From an uncultured Synergistaceae bacterium (lineage in GTDB: Bacteria > Synergistota > Synergistia > Synergistales > Dethiosulfovibrionaceae), in assembly GCA_964604125.1 (NCBI GenBank), contig CAZRXR010000003.1, positions 2,593 to 66,592 of the forward strand: a stretch of 64,000 bases of DNA, read 5' to 3'. The notes under the pieces were generated by a model that saw only the letters and a list, made by a program, of their open reading frames with translations, searched no databases and was not told where the DNA came from. The translations under genes and the position numbers were made by a program. Shown here in pieces: positions 28,140-37,739 of the stretch (within the stretch, counting starts at the first letter, position 1; each line of letters begins with the position of its first letter).

Positions 28140-29936
28140 TCAGTCGGGCCACACTTCGAGGCTCGGGAATCCCAGCCTCGCCCGGTTGATGACGAAGTAT
28201 TTCTCCAGAAAGCGCCTGAGCGCGGGCATGCGGGGCGTCATCACGGTCGCTTTGAGGCTCGCGGCCCGCTCGCGCGCCACGAAAAACCCGGCCCGCTCAA
28301 GATCGCTTATCAGGGAGACGCCCGACGCCCGGACTCGCAGCTCGACCAGATGGGAATAGGGCGGGAAACCGAGCTCGCGCCTGTCGGCCAGCTCCCGGCG
28401 CCAGAAGTACCCCCAGCCCTCGGACAGCCCCCGGATCCAGTGCGGCGAGTCGCTGCGGACTTGGAGAACGACTTCCCGCTCCGCGCCGCCCCGCCAGAGC
28501 GACTCGAGCAGCATCGAATAGGCCGCGCACCGCGAGGCGTAATGCGGCTGGCGCGCTTCCGCGTCGGCGTCGAGCCAGACGATCATGCCGGGAGAAATTT
28601 CGTCGAGCAGGCTGAGTGCCCCGCGCGAGCCTAAAAGCAGCCCGCCGCCCGCTTTTAAAAGGGCCGTCCGTTTCTTCGCCTCCGCCGCGTTCGCGGGGTT
28701 CCCGGCGTGCCAGAGGACGACGGGCCTGTCTCCGAGAAGGCTGCGCGCCATCGGCGCGAGCGACTCCAGCCCCGCCGAGGCGCCCTGCAAAAGCATTCCG
28801 CCGCACGAGGGGCATACGGCGGGCGCGGCGGCGCGCGCTCCGCACACGGGACAGCGGAGCGCGCCGTTTTCAAGCGCCAGCGCCGCGCCGCAGCGCGGGC
28901 AGGGGAAAACGCGGCCGCAGTCGGCGCAGTGGAGTTCGCTGCCGAGCCCGCGCCGATCCAACAGCCAAAACACGACGCGCCCTTCGCCCGTCAGTCGCGT
29001 CGTGAGATCGATAACGCTGTCCGCGACGGGCAGAGGGAACTCCACGCCTTTGAAGTTCAGCCGCGACGCCTTCCTGATGTCGATCAGGCGAACCGCGGCG
29101 CGCGTTTGACGGGGCATCTTCGGCTCGTCGGGGGCAAAGCCCGAGTACACACGGGACGAGGGCATGCGCCCTCCGAGGACGAGATCCGCGCCCGACTCCC
29201 GCGCGCGCGCGGCCGCGAAGCTGCGCAGCGAAAAGACGGGATAAGCCTTCGCGCGCCACGCCGGTTCCGCCTCCTCGTCGAGGATCACCGTCCCGCGCCC
29301 GTCAAGCGGCGCGACCGACGCCCCGGGGCCGCCGACGACGACCGGCGAAACGGCGGCCGAGACCTTTTTCCACATTTTGACGGCGTTTTCCGTACCCGAT
29401 GCCGGCCACAGAAAAAGGCGCTCTTTGGGCACCACCCCGACGAGCGACCTGTAAAAGCGTTTCGCGCACTCCCGCTCGGGAAAGAGCACGAGCGCGCCGC
29501 CCTCTTTCCCGGCGGCCAGTTCGCGGTAGGTTTGCAGACGTTGCTCGTCGTCGTATCGGTAGATGAACCGCGTGCCGCTTTCGCGCGCGGCGTCGCAGAA
29601 AGGATACGCCGGGAACTCCCGTTCGCGCCAGAAACCCGACGGCAGCAGCGCGCGCAGCACCGCTCCCGCCGAGCACAGAAAGGCGTTCGCCGTGACGCGG
29701 GCCGCGCGGGCGTATGAGCCGGGCAGGACGGGCGAGGCGTCCAGCACGGCCTCGATGTCGCGCACGACGATGTCCGCGGACAGCACAGAACCGCTTTCCT
29801 CGCCCAGGCAAAGCCCGACGCGGCGCCCCGCGCCCATCGGAACGAGTACCCTGCGTCCGGCCTGGACGGGGCACGGAGAACTGTACGTCAGGTCGTGCCA
29901 CCACTGTCCCGGGATCAGGACTTTGATCAGAGGCAT
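28140..29936 (-). CDS. priA: Primosomal protein N-prime-like protein with degenerate helicase motifs
   Basis: 3'BD-like LTY/GRRVLVPMG, DEE, four CxxC zinc motifs; follows gmk-rpoZ. Confidence 0.82.
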   Translation of the reverse strand: MPLIKVLIPGQWWHDLTYSSPCPVQAGRRVLVPMGAGRRVGLCLGEESGSVLSADIVVRDIEAVLDASPVLPGSYARAARVTANAFLCSAGAVLRALLPSGFWREREFPAYPFCDAARESGTRFIYRYDDEQRLQTYRELAAGKEGGALVLFPERECAKRFYRSLVGVVPKERLFLWPASGTENAVKMWKKVSAAVSPVVVGGPGASVAPLDGRGTVILDEEAEPAWRAKAYPVFSLRSFAAARARESGADLVLGGRMPSSRVYSGFAPDEPKMPRQTRAAVRLIDIRKASRLNFKGVEFPLPVADSVIDLTTRLTGEGRVVFWLLDRRGLGSELHCADCGRVFPCPRCGAALALENGALRCPVCGARAAAPAVCPSCGGMLLQGASAGLESLAPMARSLLGDRPVVLWHAGNPANAAEAKKRTALLKAGGGLLLGSRGALSLLDEISPGMIVWLDADAEARQPHYASRCAAYSMLLESLWRGGAEREVVLQVRSDSPHWIRGLSEGWGYFWRRELADRRELGFPPYSHLVELRVRASGVSLISDLERAGFFVARERAASLKATVMTPRMPALRRFLEKYFVINRARLGFPSLEVWPD

Positions 29937-29954
29937 CGGCGGTCACGCGCGAGC

Positions 29955-30302
29955 TCACGCACCGCCCGTATCGGACGTTCGCTCCTCGGTTTCCTCCCCG
30001 GCGGCGGGCGCGGGGGCGGGGGAACTCTCGTCGCGGGGGGAATTTGCCCCGCGTTCTTCCTCGATGGCGCCGGTTATCGTCGCGGCGCGCAGTTCGACGT
30101 GGACGTTGCCCCGCTCCATGTCCTCCAGCGCCAGCGAAATCGCCTTTTCCTCGGGTTCGGGCGCGCCCTCGTTTTCGCTGCCCACGCGGCGGCTCTTCAT
30201 CTCGCTGATCTGACGCGCCCTTTGCGATATGACGGACGTGAGCAGGTATTTATTGTGTACGTTGATGTTGTCCATGATCTTGCTGACATCGTAAAATTTC
30301 AT
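29955..30302 (-). CDS. rpoZ: RNA polymerase omega subunit
   Basis: NKYLLTSVISQRARQI, KAISLALED; acidic tail. Confidence 0.88.
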   Translation of the reverse strand: MKFYDVSKIMDNINVHNKYLLTSVISQRARQISEMKSRRVGSENEGAPEPEEKAISLALEDMERGNVHVELRAATITGAIEEERGANSPRDESSPAPAPAAGEETEERTSDTGGA

Positions 30303-30895
30303 TGTCCGGCTCCTTTTTCGGTTGTGTGCCCGCGGCCGCGAACAAAGCTCTCAACGCGGGCGACGGCTCGCGGCAGATCGTCGTTGACGACCGTGAGATC
30401 GTAGTTCGGCGCCTCGCGGAGTTCGCGTTCGGCGTTCGCGAGCCTCAGCCGCACCTCGTTCTCGTCTTCGGTGCCGCGGGAGCGGAGGCGGCGCTCCAGT
30501 TCCCCGAGCGACGGCGGCGCGACAAAGACGGTGACGGCTTCGGGCATGAGTTCTTTTACCCGCGCGGCGCCCTGCACGTCGATTTCGAGCACGACATCCC
30601 GACCGCTTTCAAGCGCGGCCAGAACGTCGGCTTTGAGAGTGCCGTAACGGTGCCCGTGGACGTCGGCGCATTCCAGAAAATCGCCTGCGGCGGCGTGTTT
30701 CGCGAACGTTTCCTCGTCGATGAAGCGGTACTCGACGCCGTCGCGCTCTCCCCCTCGAGGCTTGCGCGTCGTGCACGACACGGAGTAGGCCATGCCGGGC
30801 ACGCGCTCGAGCAGACGTGAAACGATCGTTCCCTTGCCCGCGCCGCTCGGGCCGGAAAAGACGAACAGCGTGCCCTTCCTATTCTTCGCCGTCAT
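30299..30895 (-). CDS. gmk: Guanylate kinase
   Basis: [34 protein letters not shown]. Confidence 0.96.
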   Translation of the reverse strand: MTAKNRKGTLFVFSGPSGAGKGTIVSRLLERVPGMAYSVSCTTRKPRGGERDGVEYRFIDEETFAKHAAAGDFLECADVHGHRYGTLKADVLAALESGRDVVLEIDVQGAARVKELMPEAVTVFVAPPSLGELERRLRSRGTEDENEVRLRLANAERELREAPNYDLTVVNDDLPRAVARVESFVRGRGHTTEKGAGQ

Positions 30896-31151
30896 CGTCG
30901 CTGTCCCCTTCCGATATGCGGTTGACGATCGTCTCCGGCTGGATCGCCGACAGCAGGACGTGATTGCTGTCCGTCACGATGATCGCTCTGGTCTTGCGCC
31001 CCTTCGTCGCGTCGATGAGGCGCGCCGCGGCGCGCGCCTCCTCCTTGAGACGTTTGACGGGCGACGACGACGGCTGAATGATCGCCACGATGCGCTCCGC
31101 GACGATCATGTTGCCGAAACCCACGTGAACAAGCGTTCTGGCCATGGTCAT
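30879..31151 (-). CDS. remA: RemA/DUF370 family protein
   Basis: [27 protein letters not shown]; yloC-remA-gmk context. Confidence 0.9.
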   Translation of the reverse strand: MTMARTLVHVGFGNMIVAERIVAIIQPSSSPVKRLKEEARAAARLIDATKGRKTRAIIVTDSNHVLLSAIQPETIVNRISEGDSDDDGEE

Positions 31152-32029
31152 TCGACGTTCTGAACCTGCTCGCGGATGCGCTCAAGCAGCGTCTTGCCCT
31201 CGACGACCATCCACCTCAGTTCGGTGCTGGCGGACTTCGAACCCATCGTGTTGATCTCGCGGTTCATCTCCTGAAGCAGGAAATCGAGTTTGCGGCCGAC
31301 CGCGCCGCCGCTTTTCAGCATCGCGCGGAACTGGGAGACGTGGCTGCGCGAGCGCGTCAGTTCTTCGGAGATGTCCCACTTGTCCGCCAATATGACGAGT
31401 TCCTGCGCGAGGCGCGCCGGATCGGCCTCAAAGCCGAGCTGCGCGATGTTCTTCGTGATTTTGTCGCGGTAGTCGTCAAAGACTTTGCGCGATATTTCCT
31501 CCCACGCGGAACTGACGCGCGACAGGAGAACCTCGTATCCGTCGAGGTTGCCCGCGATGTCCTTTTCAAGCGCCGCCCCTTCGGCCGCGCGCGCCGCGAG
31601 CAGTTCGTCGGCGGCGGCGCGCAGCAGATCCAACAGCGCGTCTTGGATGTCCCGCCGGGAATTTTCAAGCGTCGGAGAACTTTCCGTGACGCCGGGCAGA
31701 GCGAGGACGCTCGTGACGGACGGCACAGGCCCGCCGAGTTTGCCCTGCAGTTCCCGGATCTCGCGGTAATAGTCGCCGATCACGTTCGCGTTGAGGCGGT
31801 CGCGCGCCAGCGCGGCGGCCCACTTGACCTCGATCCGGGCGTTCACCTTGCCGCGCTGGAGCCTTCCGCGAAGCTCATTCTGTATCAGCGGCTCAAAACC
31901 AGACAACTCGCGGTCGGCGCGGACGTTCAGTTCCAGATAGCGGGAGTTCACGCTCGAAATTTCGATTGACATCGCGCCCCACGGACACGATTTTCTGACT
32001 CTGGCAAAGCCTGTCATGCTGTAAAGCAT
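31148..32029 (-). CDS. YicC/YloC family endoribonuclease
   Basis: [52 protein letters not shown]. Confidence 0.93.
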   Translation of the reverse strand: MLYSMTGFARVRKSCPWGAMSIEISSVNSRYLELNVRADRELSGFEPLIQNELRGRLQRGKVNARIEVKWAAALARDRLNANVIGDYYREIRELQGKLGGPVPSVTSVLALPGVTESSPTLENSRRDIQDALLDLLRAAADELLAARAAEGAALEKDIAGNLDGYEVLLSRVSSAWEEISRKVFDDYRDKITKNIAQLGFEADPARLAQELVILADKWDISEELTRSRSHVSQFRAMLKSGGAVGRKLDFLLQEMNREINTMGSKSASTELRWMVVEGKTLLERIREQVQNVE

Positions 32030-32033
32030 CGGT

Positions 32034-33179
32034 TTATCTCCTTTCCCCGAGGCGCGGAGACGCGAAAGAGCCGGCCAATACGTCGCGCAGCCGCGCCATG
32101 CCTTCTCCCGTGAGAGCGCTTATGGCGCACGTCGGGACGCCCTCGCCGAGAAACCGCTCTCTGACGCGCGCCACGCGCGACGGTTCCGCCCTGTCGATCT
32201 TGTTGAGCACAACCGTCCTCGGCAGTTCGGCGGCGCCAATGGAGGCGAGCGTGTCCCGCACGACATCGTATGTCGCGGCGATGTCGGGATCGTTGACATC
32301 GAGTACGATCAGCAGCAAGTCGGCGCGCGCGGCCTCCTCCAGCGTCGCGCTGAACGCGGCGATCAGTTGCGGCGGCAGTTCGCGAATAAAGCCGACCGTG
32401 TCGGCCAGCAGGATTTTTCGCCCATCGGGAGCGCGCACAGAGCGGACAGCCGTGTCCAGCGTCGCGAAGAGCCTGTCGGCGGCGAGGAGGCTGTCGTCCC
32501 CGCTGAGACGCCGAAGCAGCGTCGTCTTGCCGCTGTTGGTATAGCCGACCAGCGCCGCCGTCGGGATGCCGTTTCTCCGGCGCTGTTTTCTCTGGGCTTC
32601 GCGGCGTTTGCGCATCTGCGAAAGGCGCCTGTCGATGTCCTCGATGCGGAGCCGCAGTTTGCGGCGGTGGCGCTCGTATTCGGTTTCCCCCGGGCCTCGC
32701 GTGCCGATGCCCGCTCCCGCGTTCGACATCTGTTTGCCAAGCCCCCGCAGGTGCGGCAGCTCGTAGCGGCAGCGCGCCAGTTCAACCTGCAGTTTTGCCT
32801 CGGCCGTCACGGCCCTCGACTCGAATATCTTCGTGATGACGAGGGCGCGATCCCACACCTCGCAGTCCGTCGCCGCCCGCAGGTTCGCCAGCTGGACAGG
32901 CGAGAGCATATCCTCGCAGACGATCAGATCCGCCCGCGAGGCCATGGCAAGCGTCTTCAGCTCCTCGGCTTTGCCCCGTCCGACGAGAAACGCCGGATCG
33001 GGGCGCTCTTTTCTCTGCATGGAGACGGCGACGACTTCGATGTTCAGATTCGCGAGAAGCAGGCGGAGTTCTTCGAGCAAAAGATCGAGGTCGCTCCGTC
33101 CGCTGTTGCGCAGGCCGGTCACGAGCGCTTTACGGCGTTCTTTGAGAGGGTCTTTAAAGTCGGGCGGCAGCGACGTCAG
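32034..33179 (-). CDS. hflX: GTPase HflX (start probably upstream of ORF-track GTG at 33122)
   Basis: EAKLQVELA, GIGTRGPGET, VGYTNSGKTT, LFATLD, DTVGFI; frame stays open to CTG 33179. Confidence 0.92.
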   Translation of the reverse strand: MTSLPPDFKDPLKERRKALVTGLRNSGRSDLDLLLEELRLLLANLNIEVVAVSMQRKERPDPAFLVGRGKAEELKTLAMASRADLIVCEDMLSPVQLANLRAATDCEVWDRALVITKIFESRAVTAEAKLQVELARCRYELPHLRGLGKQMSNAGAGIGTRGPGETEYERHRRKLRLRIEDIDRRLSQMRKRREAQRKQRRRNGIPTAALVGYTNSGKTTLLRRLSGDDSLLAADRLFATLDTAVRSVRAPDGRKILLADTVGFIRELPPQLIAAFSATLEEAARADLLLIVLDVNDPDIAATYDVVRDTLASIGAAELPRTVVLNKIDRAEPSRVARVRERFLGEGVPTCAISALTGEGMARLRDVLAGSFASPRLGERR

Positions 33180-33814
33180 CCAATGATCTCCGTTTCGAGC
33201 CGCCGCAGTTCCTCCTGAAGTTCTGTCCGTATTCTTTCACGCTCCTCTTTCAGACTTCCGCGCGATTCCTTGGGCAAAGGCGCGATCGGGTCGCCGAAAC
33301 GCGCTATGATCGGGTGGCGTTTGATCTTTTTCGCGCCGACGGGCATCGATTCGTAGGTTCCGGCGATGTAGAGCGGGACGATAGGCGCGTCCGCGCCCGT
33401 CGCCAGCACCGCGACGCCGCCTTCGAGAGGCTTCAGCCGCCCGTCGAGCGAGCGGGCGCCCTCGGGAAAGATCATCAGGTTCTGGCCTTCCCTGAGCAGC
33501 CCGAGAAACTTTTTGAGGGCCGCGGCCGCGGCCGCTCCGCTCTCCCTGCTGACGGGGATCACGCCGAGGGTGTTCATGAGCCACGTGAAAACCGGATGTA
33601 TCTCGAACAGTTCCTCCTTGCCGAGGGGGCGAAGACGGCCCGGGAAGACGCAGCCCGCCACGACGGGGTCGAGGTTGCTCGTGTGGTTCGCGGCGAGGAT
33701 AACGGGAGAGCGATCGGGAATTTTTTCGAGGCCTTCGACGCGGATGCCGTTGTAGAGTTTCAGCGCGGCGTAACAGATGTGTTTCGCCAGCCAGTAGAGG
33801 ATCGTTCTAAGCAT
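33176..33814 (-). CDS. plsC: 1-acyl-sn-glycerol-3-phosphate acyltransferase
   Basis: NHTSNLD (HxxxxD), FPEGARS. Confidence 0.9.
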   Translation of the reverse strand: MLRTILYWLAKHICYAALKLYNGIRVEGLEKIPDRSPVILAANHTSNLDPVVAGCVFPGRLRPLGKEELFEIHPVFTWLMNTLGVIPVSRESGAAAAAALKKFLGLLREGQNLMIFPEGARSLDGRLKPLEGGVAVLATGADAPIVPLYIAGTYESMPVGAKKIKRHPIIARFGDPIAPLPKESRGSLKEERERIRTELQEELRRLETEIIG

Positions 33815-34475
33815 GGACAGCCTCCCTCGCGATTTGGATGATCCTTTCGACGACCTGATCGACGCTCAGATCCGACGAGTCGAGCAAAACGGCGTCGGGC
33901 GCCTGTTTCAAGGGCGAAATCGGACGTTTCGCGTCGGCTTCGTCGCGCCGCTCGATCTCCAGCAGGAGTTTTCGGTATTCGACGGCGAGCCCGCGCGACT
34001 TCATCTCGTCGTAACGCCGGCGCGCCCTCACAGACGGCCGGGCCGTAAGAAAAATCTTGACCGGCGCGTAGGGAAAAACGACCGTGCCCATGTCCCTGCC
34101 GTCGGCGACGAGCGCGCCCTTGAGCGCCTGCTCTCTCTGCAGGCTGAGGAGCTTTTCGCGCACCGAAGGGAGCGCCGAATAGAGCGAGGCGACGCGATCG
34201 ACGTTCGGCGTCCTGATGGAGTTTGAAACGTCCGTGCCGTTGAGCAGAACCCGCGCGCCGAGGACATCGACGTTCACGTCGAAAAGCGCCTTCGACAGGC
34301 GGGCGTTCTCCTCCGGGGGGATCGAAAGCCCGTCCAGATAGAACGCGAGCGCCCGGTAGAGCGCCCCGGTGTCGAGATAGCCGATGCCCAGTCTGGCGGC
34401 GACCGTTCTGGCAACGGTACTCTTGCCCGCGCCCGCCGGGCCGTCTATAGCGATAACTCCCGTCCAGTTTTCCAT
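33807..34475 (-). CDS. cmk: Cytidylate kinase
   Basis: Start MENWTGVIAIDGPAGAGKST; DTGALYR, DGRDMGTVVFP. Confidence 0.95.
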   Translation of the reverse strand: MENWTGVIAIDGPAGAGKSTVARTVAARLGIGYLDTGALYRALAFYLDGLSIPPEENARLSKALFDVNVDVLGARVLLNGTDVSNSIRTPNVDRVASLYSALPSVREKLLSLQREQALKGALVADGRDMGTVVFPYAPVKIFLTARPSVRARRRYDEMKSRGLAVEYRKLLLEIERRDEADAKRPISPLKQAPDAVLLDSSDLSVDQVVERIIQIAREAVHA

Positions 34476-34501
34476 GTCGGCCTCCCGCTCAAAATCGGCC
34501 C

Positions 34502-35218
34502 CTACACGATCCCGCCGTGAATGATCATGCGCCGAAGCTGTTCCGCCGTGTATTCCCTCGCGTACCCGCATTTCAGTCGCCGCAACTCCATGCGTCCGAT
34601 CCGGCGGCGGAACAGCGCCCGCACGGCGCGTCCCGCGCTTTCGGCGATGACGCGGATCTCCCGCTTGACGCCCTCGTTCAGGACGAAACGGAGCCACCGC
34701 CCTTCCGGCGCGCGTCTCAGAACGCCGACGAGGACGGGACGCAGCGTTTTCCCCTCCAAAACCGTCCCCGCGCGCAATCTCGACAGCTCCCCGGGCGTCG
34801 GCGGACGATCCAGCAGAACCTCGTATTCTTTCGTGATTCGCGCCCGAGGATGGATCATCTCCTGAGAAAAGTCCCCGTCGTTTGTGAGCATCAGCAGACC
34901 CTCGCTCTGCAGGTCGAGCCGCCCTACGGGAAAAAGCCGGAAGCGGTGGTATTCGGGCGGCAAAAGGTCGAGGACGACGGGATAGTTCCTGTCGCAAACG
35001 GCGCAGATATAACCGCGCGGCTTGTGCAGAACCATGTATATTTTTCTTTCCGGGCGGATTTCGGCGCCGTCGAGGGTCACGGTCTCACCGTCCGCGACAT
35101 CGTAGCCGGGCTGAGTGATCCGGCGACCGCCGCAGACGACGCGCCCTGCGAAGATGTACTCCTCCACCTTGCGCCGCGAGCCTGCGCCGCACAGCGCCAG
35201 ATATTTATTCAGCCTCAT
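34502..35218 (-). CDS. rluB: rRNA pseudouridine synthase (RluB/RsuA family)
   Basis: S4 domain RLNKYLA, HKPRG, VGRLD, EGVKREIR. Confidence 0.85.
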   Translation of the reverse strand: MRLNKYLALCGAGSRRKVEEYIFAGRVVCGGRRITQPGYDVADGETVTLDGAEIRPERKIYMVLHKPRGYICAVCDRNYPVVLDLLPPEYHRFRLFPVGRLDLQSEGLLMLTNDGDFSQEMIHPRARITKEYEVLLDRPPTPGELSRLRAGTVLEGKTLRPVLVGVLRRAPEGRWLRFVLNEGVKREIRVIAESAGRAVRALFRRRIGRMELRRLKCGYAREYTAEQLRRMIIHGGIV

Positions 35219-35846
35219 CGGAGACCACGCTCTCCTCCGCCGCGTCCCCGGGCGCGGTCGGGGGATCGGGGATCGGCCGCGCGGGCGCGCCCGCGCGGCG
35301 CTTCAGGTCTTCTATCTCGGCGACCGTCGGCAGATCGGAGATGCTGCCCAACCCGAATATCTGCAGGAAACGCGGGCTGGTTCTGTACAGCAGCGGGGAG
35401 CCGACGCTCTTGCGCCGACCGGCGATGCGCACCAGCCCGTGCCCGAGCAGAGTGTCGATCACCCTGTCGCACCTCACGCCGCGAATGGCCTCCACCTCGG
35501 TTCGCGTCACCGGCTGACTGTAGGCGATGACCGCGAGAGTCTCCAGCGAGGCGCGCGTCAGACGGACATGTTCGCTCTCATCGGCGGCCCGGAACTTTTC
35601 CAGCGTCTCGCTCATGTCGGCCGCGGTGGTCATGACCCACTTGCCGCCGAGTTCGGCGACCTCCAGACCGTGAGACGCGCCGTACCTGTTTCGCATTTCC
35701 TCCAGAACTTTTCGCACGGCGAACGATGTCTGTCCCGTCGCGAGGGAGATCTCCTGCGCCGTCGCGCCGTCGGGGGCGATGAACAAAACGGCCTCGATCT
35801 GACGGCGCAGAGCCTTATTCAGATCCTCTTGCCGTGATTGTGACAT
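35205..35846 (-). CDS. scpB: SMC-ScpAB complex subunit B
   Basis: IEAVLF, LETLAVIAYSQPVTR, LYRT. Confidence 0.93.
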   Translation of the reverse strand: MSQSRQEDLNKALRRQIEAVLFIAPDGATAQEISLATGQTSFAVRKVLEEMRNRYGASHGLEVAELGGKWVMTTAADMSETLEKFRAADESEHVRLTRASLETLAVIAYSQPVTRTEVEAIRGVRCDRVIDTLLGHGLVRIAGRRKSVGSPLLYRTSPRFLQIFGLGSISDLPTVAEIEDLKRRAGAPARPIPDPPTAPGDAAEESVVSDEAE

Positions 35847-36564
35847 CGTCGAACAACTCCTTTTGGTACAGCGAAACCATGTCGCGGCGCGACAGTTCCA
35901 GCAACGCCAGAAGTGTCACGACGAGCGGGCTTCTGCCGGGTTCTTCTTTGAGGAGCGAGCGCAGCGAAAGCGACTCGACGGCGGCAAGGCGTTCCATCAC
36001 GCGATCCATCCTGCTTTCGACCTGGGCTTCGTCGGGAATCTCGGCGGGAAGGGCGTCGTCCTGCCACGAGTCGTCCTCCGCGGGGAGTTCTTCAGCGCGC
36101 CGCCGTCGGCTGTTCAGCAGTTCGAGCCACATCACGGAAAGAGAGTACAGGTCGCCCAAGTCATAGAACGGCTCGCGATCCGGAGCGCGGCGGAAACGGC
36201 GCTTGTCCGCTTTTTCCTTCAGGGACGCCAGACGCTCCGCCGCCGTCCTGTACGGACGGTAGCGCTCCACGAGATCGACGACGTCGGCGCCGGGATCGAC
36301 GGCCAGATCGTCCTCGATCGTCACGTCGGGCCGATCGTATCGCGGCAGCAGAGAGAACGCCTTTTGCCGCACAAGGCGCGCGGCCTGCGAGATGAACTCG
36401 GCGGTTTGGGAGATCGGAAGCCCGGCGTTTTTCGCCAGGTACGACGTGTAAATGGCCACGACCTCGGCGACGCTGACGCTCGAAGCGTCGATCTCCTCGA
36501 GGTCGATCATGTGGCAGAGAAGATCGAGCGGCCCCGAAAAACCTTCGATTTCCAGTTCAAACAT
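35815..36564 (-). CDS. scpA: SMC-ScpAB complex subunit A
   Basis: FSGPLDLLCHMI, LLALLEL. Confidence 0.9.
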   Translation of the reverse strand: MFELEIEGFSGPLDLLCHMIDLEEIDASSVSVAEVVAIYTSYLAKNAGLPISQTAEFISQAARLVRQKAFSLLPRYDRPDVTIEDDLAVDPGADVVDLVERYRPYRTAAERLASLKEKADKRRFRRAPDREPFYDLGDLYSLSVMWLELLNSRRRRAEELPAEDDSWQDDALPAEIPDEAQVESRMDRVMERLAAVESLSLRSLLKEEPGRSPLVVTLLALLELSRRDMVSLYQKELFDDVTITARGSE

Positions 36565-37369
36565 TTTCCGCTGTGGAGCGCCAGTACCCGACCGAGGACG
36601 AAAGGGTTTTCCTTTCGATGAACAGCGCGGGGAGGCCGGTTTTCAGCCGTACGTCCGCGGCAAACGCCCGGAGCGGCGGCTCCTCCATCTCGCCGTGGTC
36701 GCAGAGCATCAGGCGGAGACCGGCGTCGCGCGCTTCGAGGCACTCATGATAGCGCATGTCGGAAGTGATGTAAAGCTGTGCGCCGCGCGAGAGCGCCAGC
36801 GGCCACAACTCGCCGCCCGCGCCGCCGCAGAGCGCCGCCCGGCTGACGCGCGCCCGGTCGCCGAGATAGCGGTAGCCGCTCAGGCCCCACGCGCGCGCGA
36901 TGCTGTCGCACAGATCGTACACGTCCGTCGCGGCGACATCGCCGACAGCGCCCATACCGAAACCGCGCCCGCCCGTCGGCGGGATCAGCGGCTCGGCGTC
37001 CAGCAGCGGAGCGCTTCGCGCGAGGAACTGGTTCACTCCGCCGGTGCAGCAGTCGAGATTAGTGTGGCAGGAGATCACCTGCGCGCCAAGCGAGAACGCC
37101 GCCTGGGCGACACGCGCGTCAACGTTGTCGCAGACGAGGTCTTCGGCGGCGCGGAACAGCAGCGGGTGGTGCGTGATCAGCAGATCGGCGCCCATCGCGG
37201 CGGCGCGGCGCACGGCCTCGGCGCTCGGGTCGAGCGACATGGCGGCGGCCCGCACGGCGGCGTCGGGGCTTCCCAGCCTGAGACCGCAGTGATCCCAGCT
37301 TTCGGCCAGTTCAAAGGGCGCGATTCCGTCAAGCGCGTCCAGCACGTCGCGAACCGTCAGCCGCCTCAT
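36557..37369 (-). CDS. Nif3-like dinuclear metal center protein
   Basis: WDHCGL, ITHHPLLF, HTNLD, TSDMRYH, HGEME. Confidence 0.92.
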   Translation of the reverse strand: MRRLTVRDVLDALDGIAPFELAESWDHCGLRLGSPDAAVRAAAMSLDPSAEAVRRAAAMGADLLITHHPLLFRAAEDLVCDNVDARVAQAAFSLGAQVISCHTNLDCCTGGVNQFLARSAPLLDAEPLIPPTGGRGFGMGAVGDVAATDVYDLCDSIARAWGLSGYRYLGDRARVSRAALCGGAGGELWPLALSRGAQLYITSDMRYHECLEARDAGLRLMLCDHGEMEEPPLRAFAADVRLKTGLPALFIERKTLSSSVGYWRSTAENV

Positions 37370-37739
37370 GCGATCCCTCCGTTCGCTCTCAAAATTCCGC
37401 CGCGGGCGTTTCGTCGCCGGCCGTCCTTTCGCGGCGCGAAAAGATACTTTGCTATTATACCATGTTCCGTCGCCGTCCAGAGAAGAATAACGGCTTTTTA
37501 TCCATATTTTCGGCGGCCGGCGGCGCTCTTTTTCGACAGGGCGGCCGGCGTTTTACAGCGAAAAATATTGTAGAAATCGACAATGCGAAAGCCGAGAAAA
37601 AAGCTATAAAATATCACGTGCTTGCTATCACGGCGTTGCGGCGTCGCCGTATTTATTTTATAATTCTCTCTGCTCGCCTTGCGCGCGGCTCACTCGCCGA
37701 TACCGAAGGGCTAAAATACTGATAAAGGACGGAACTGTC

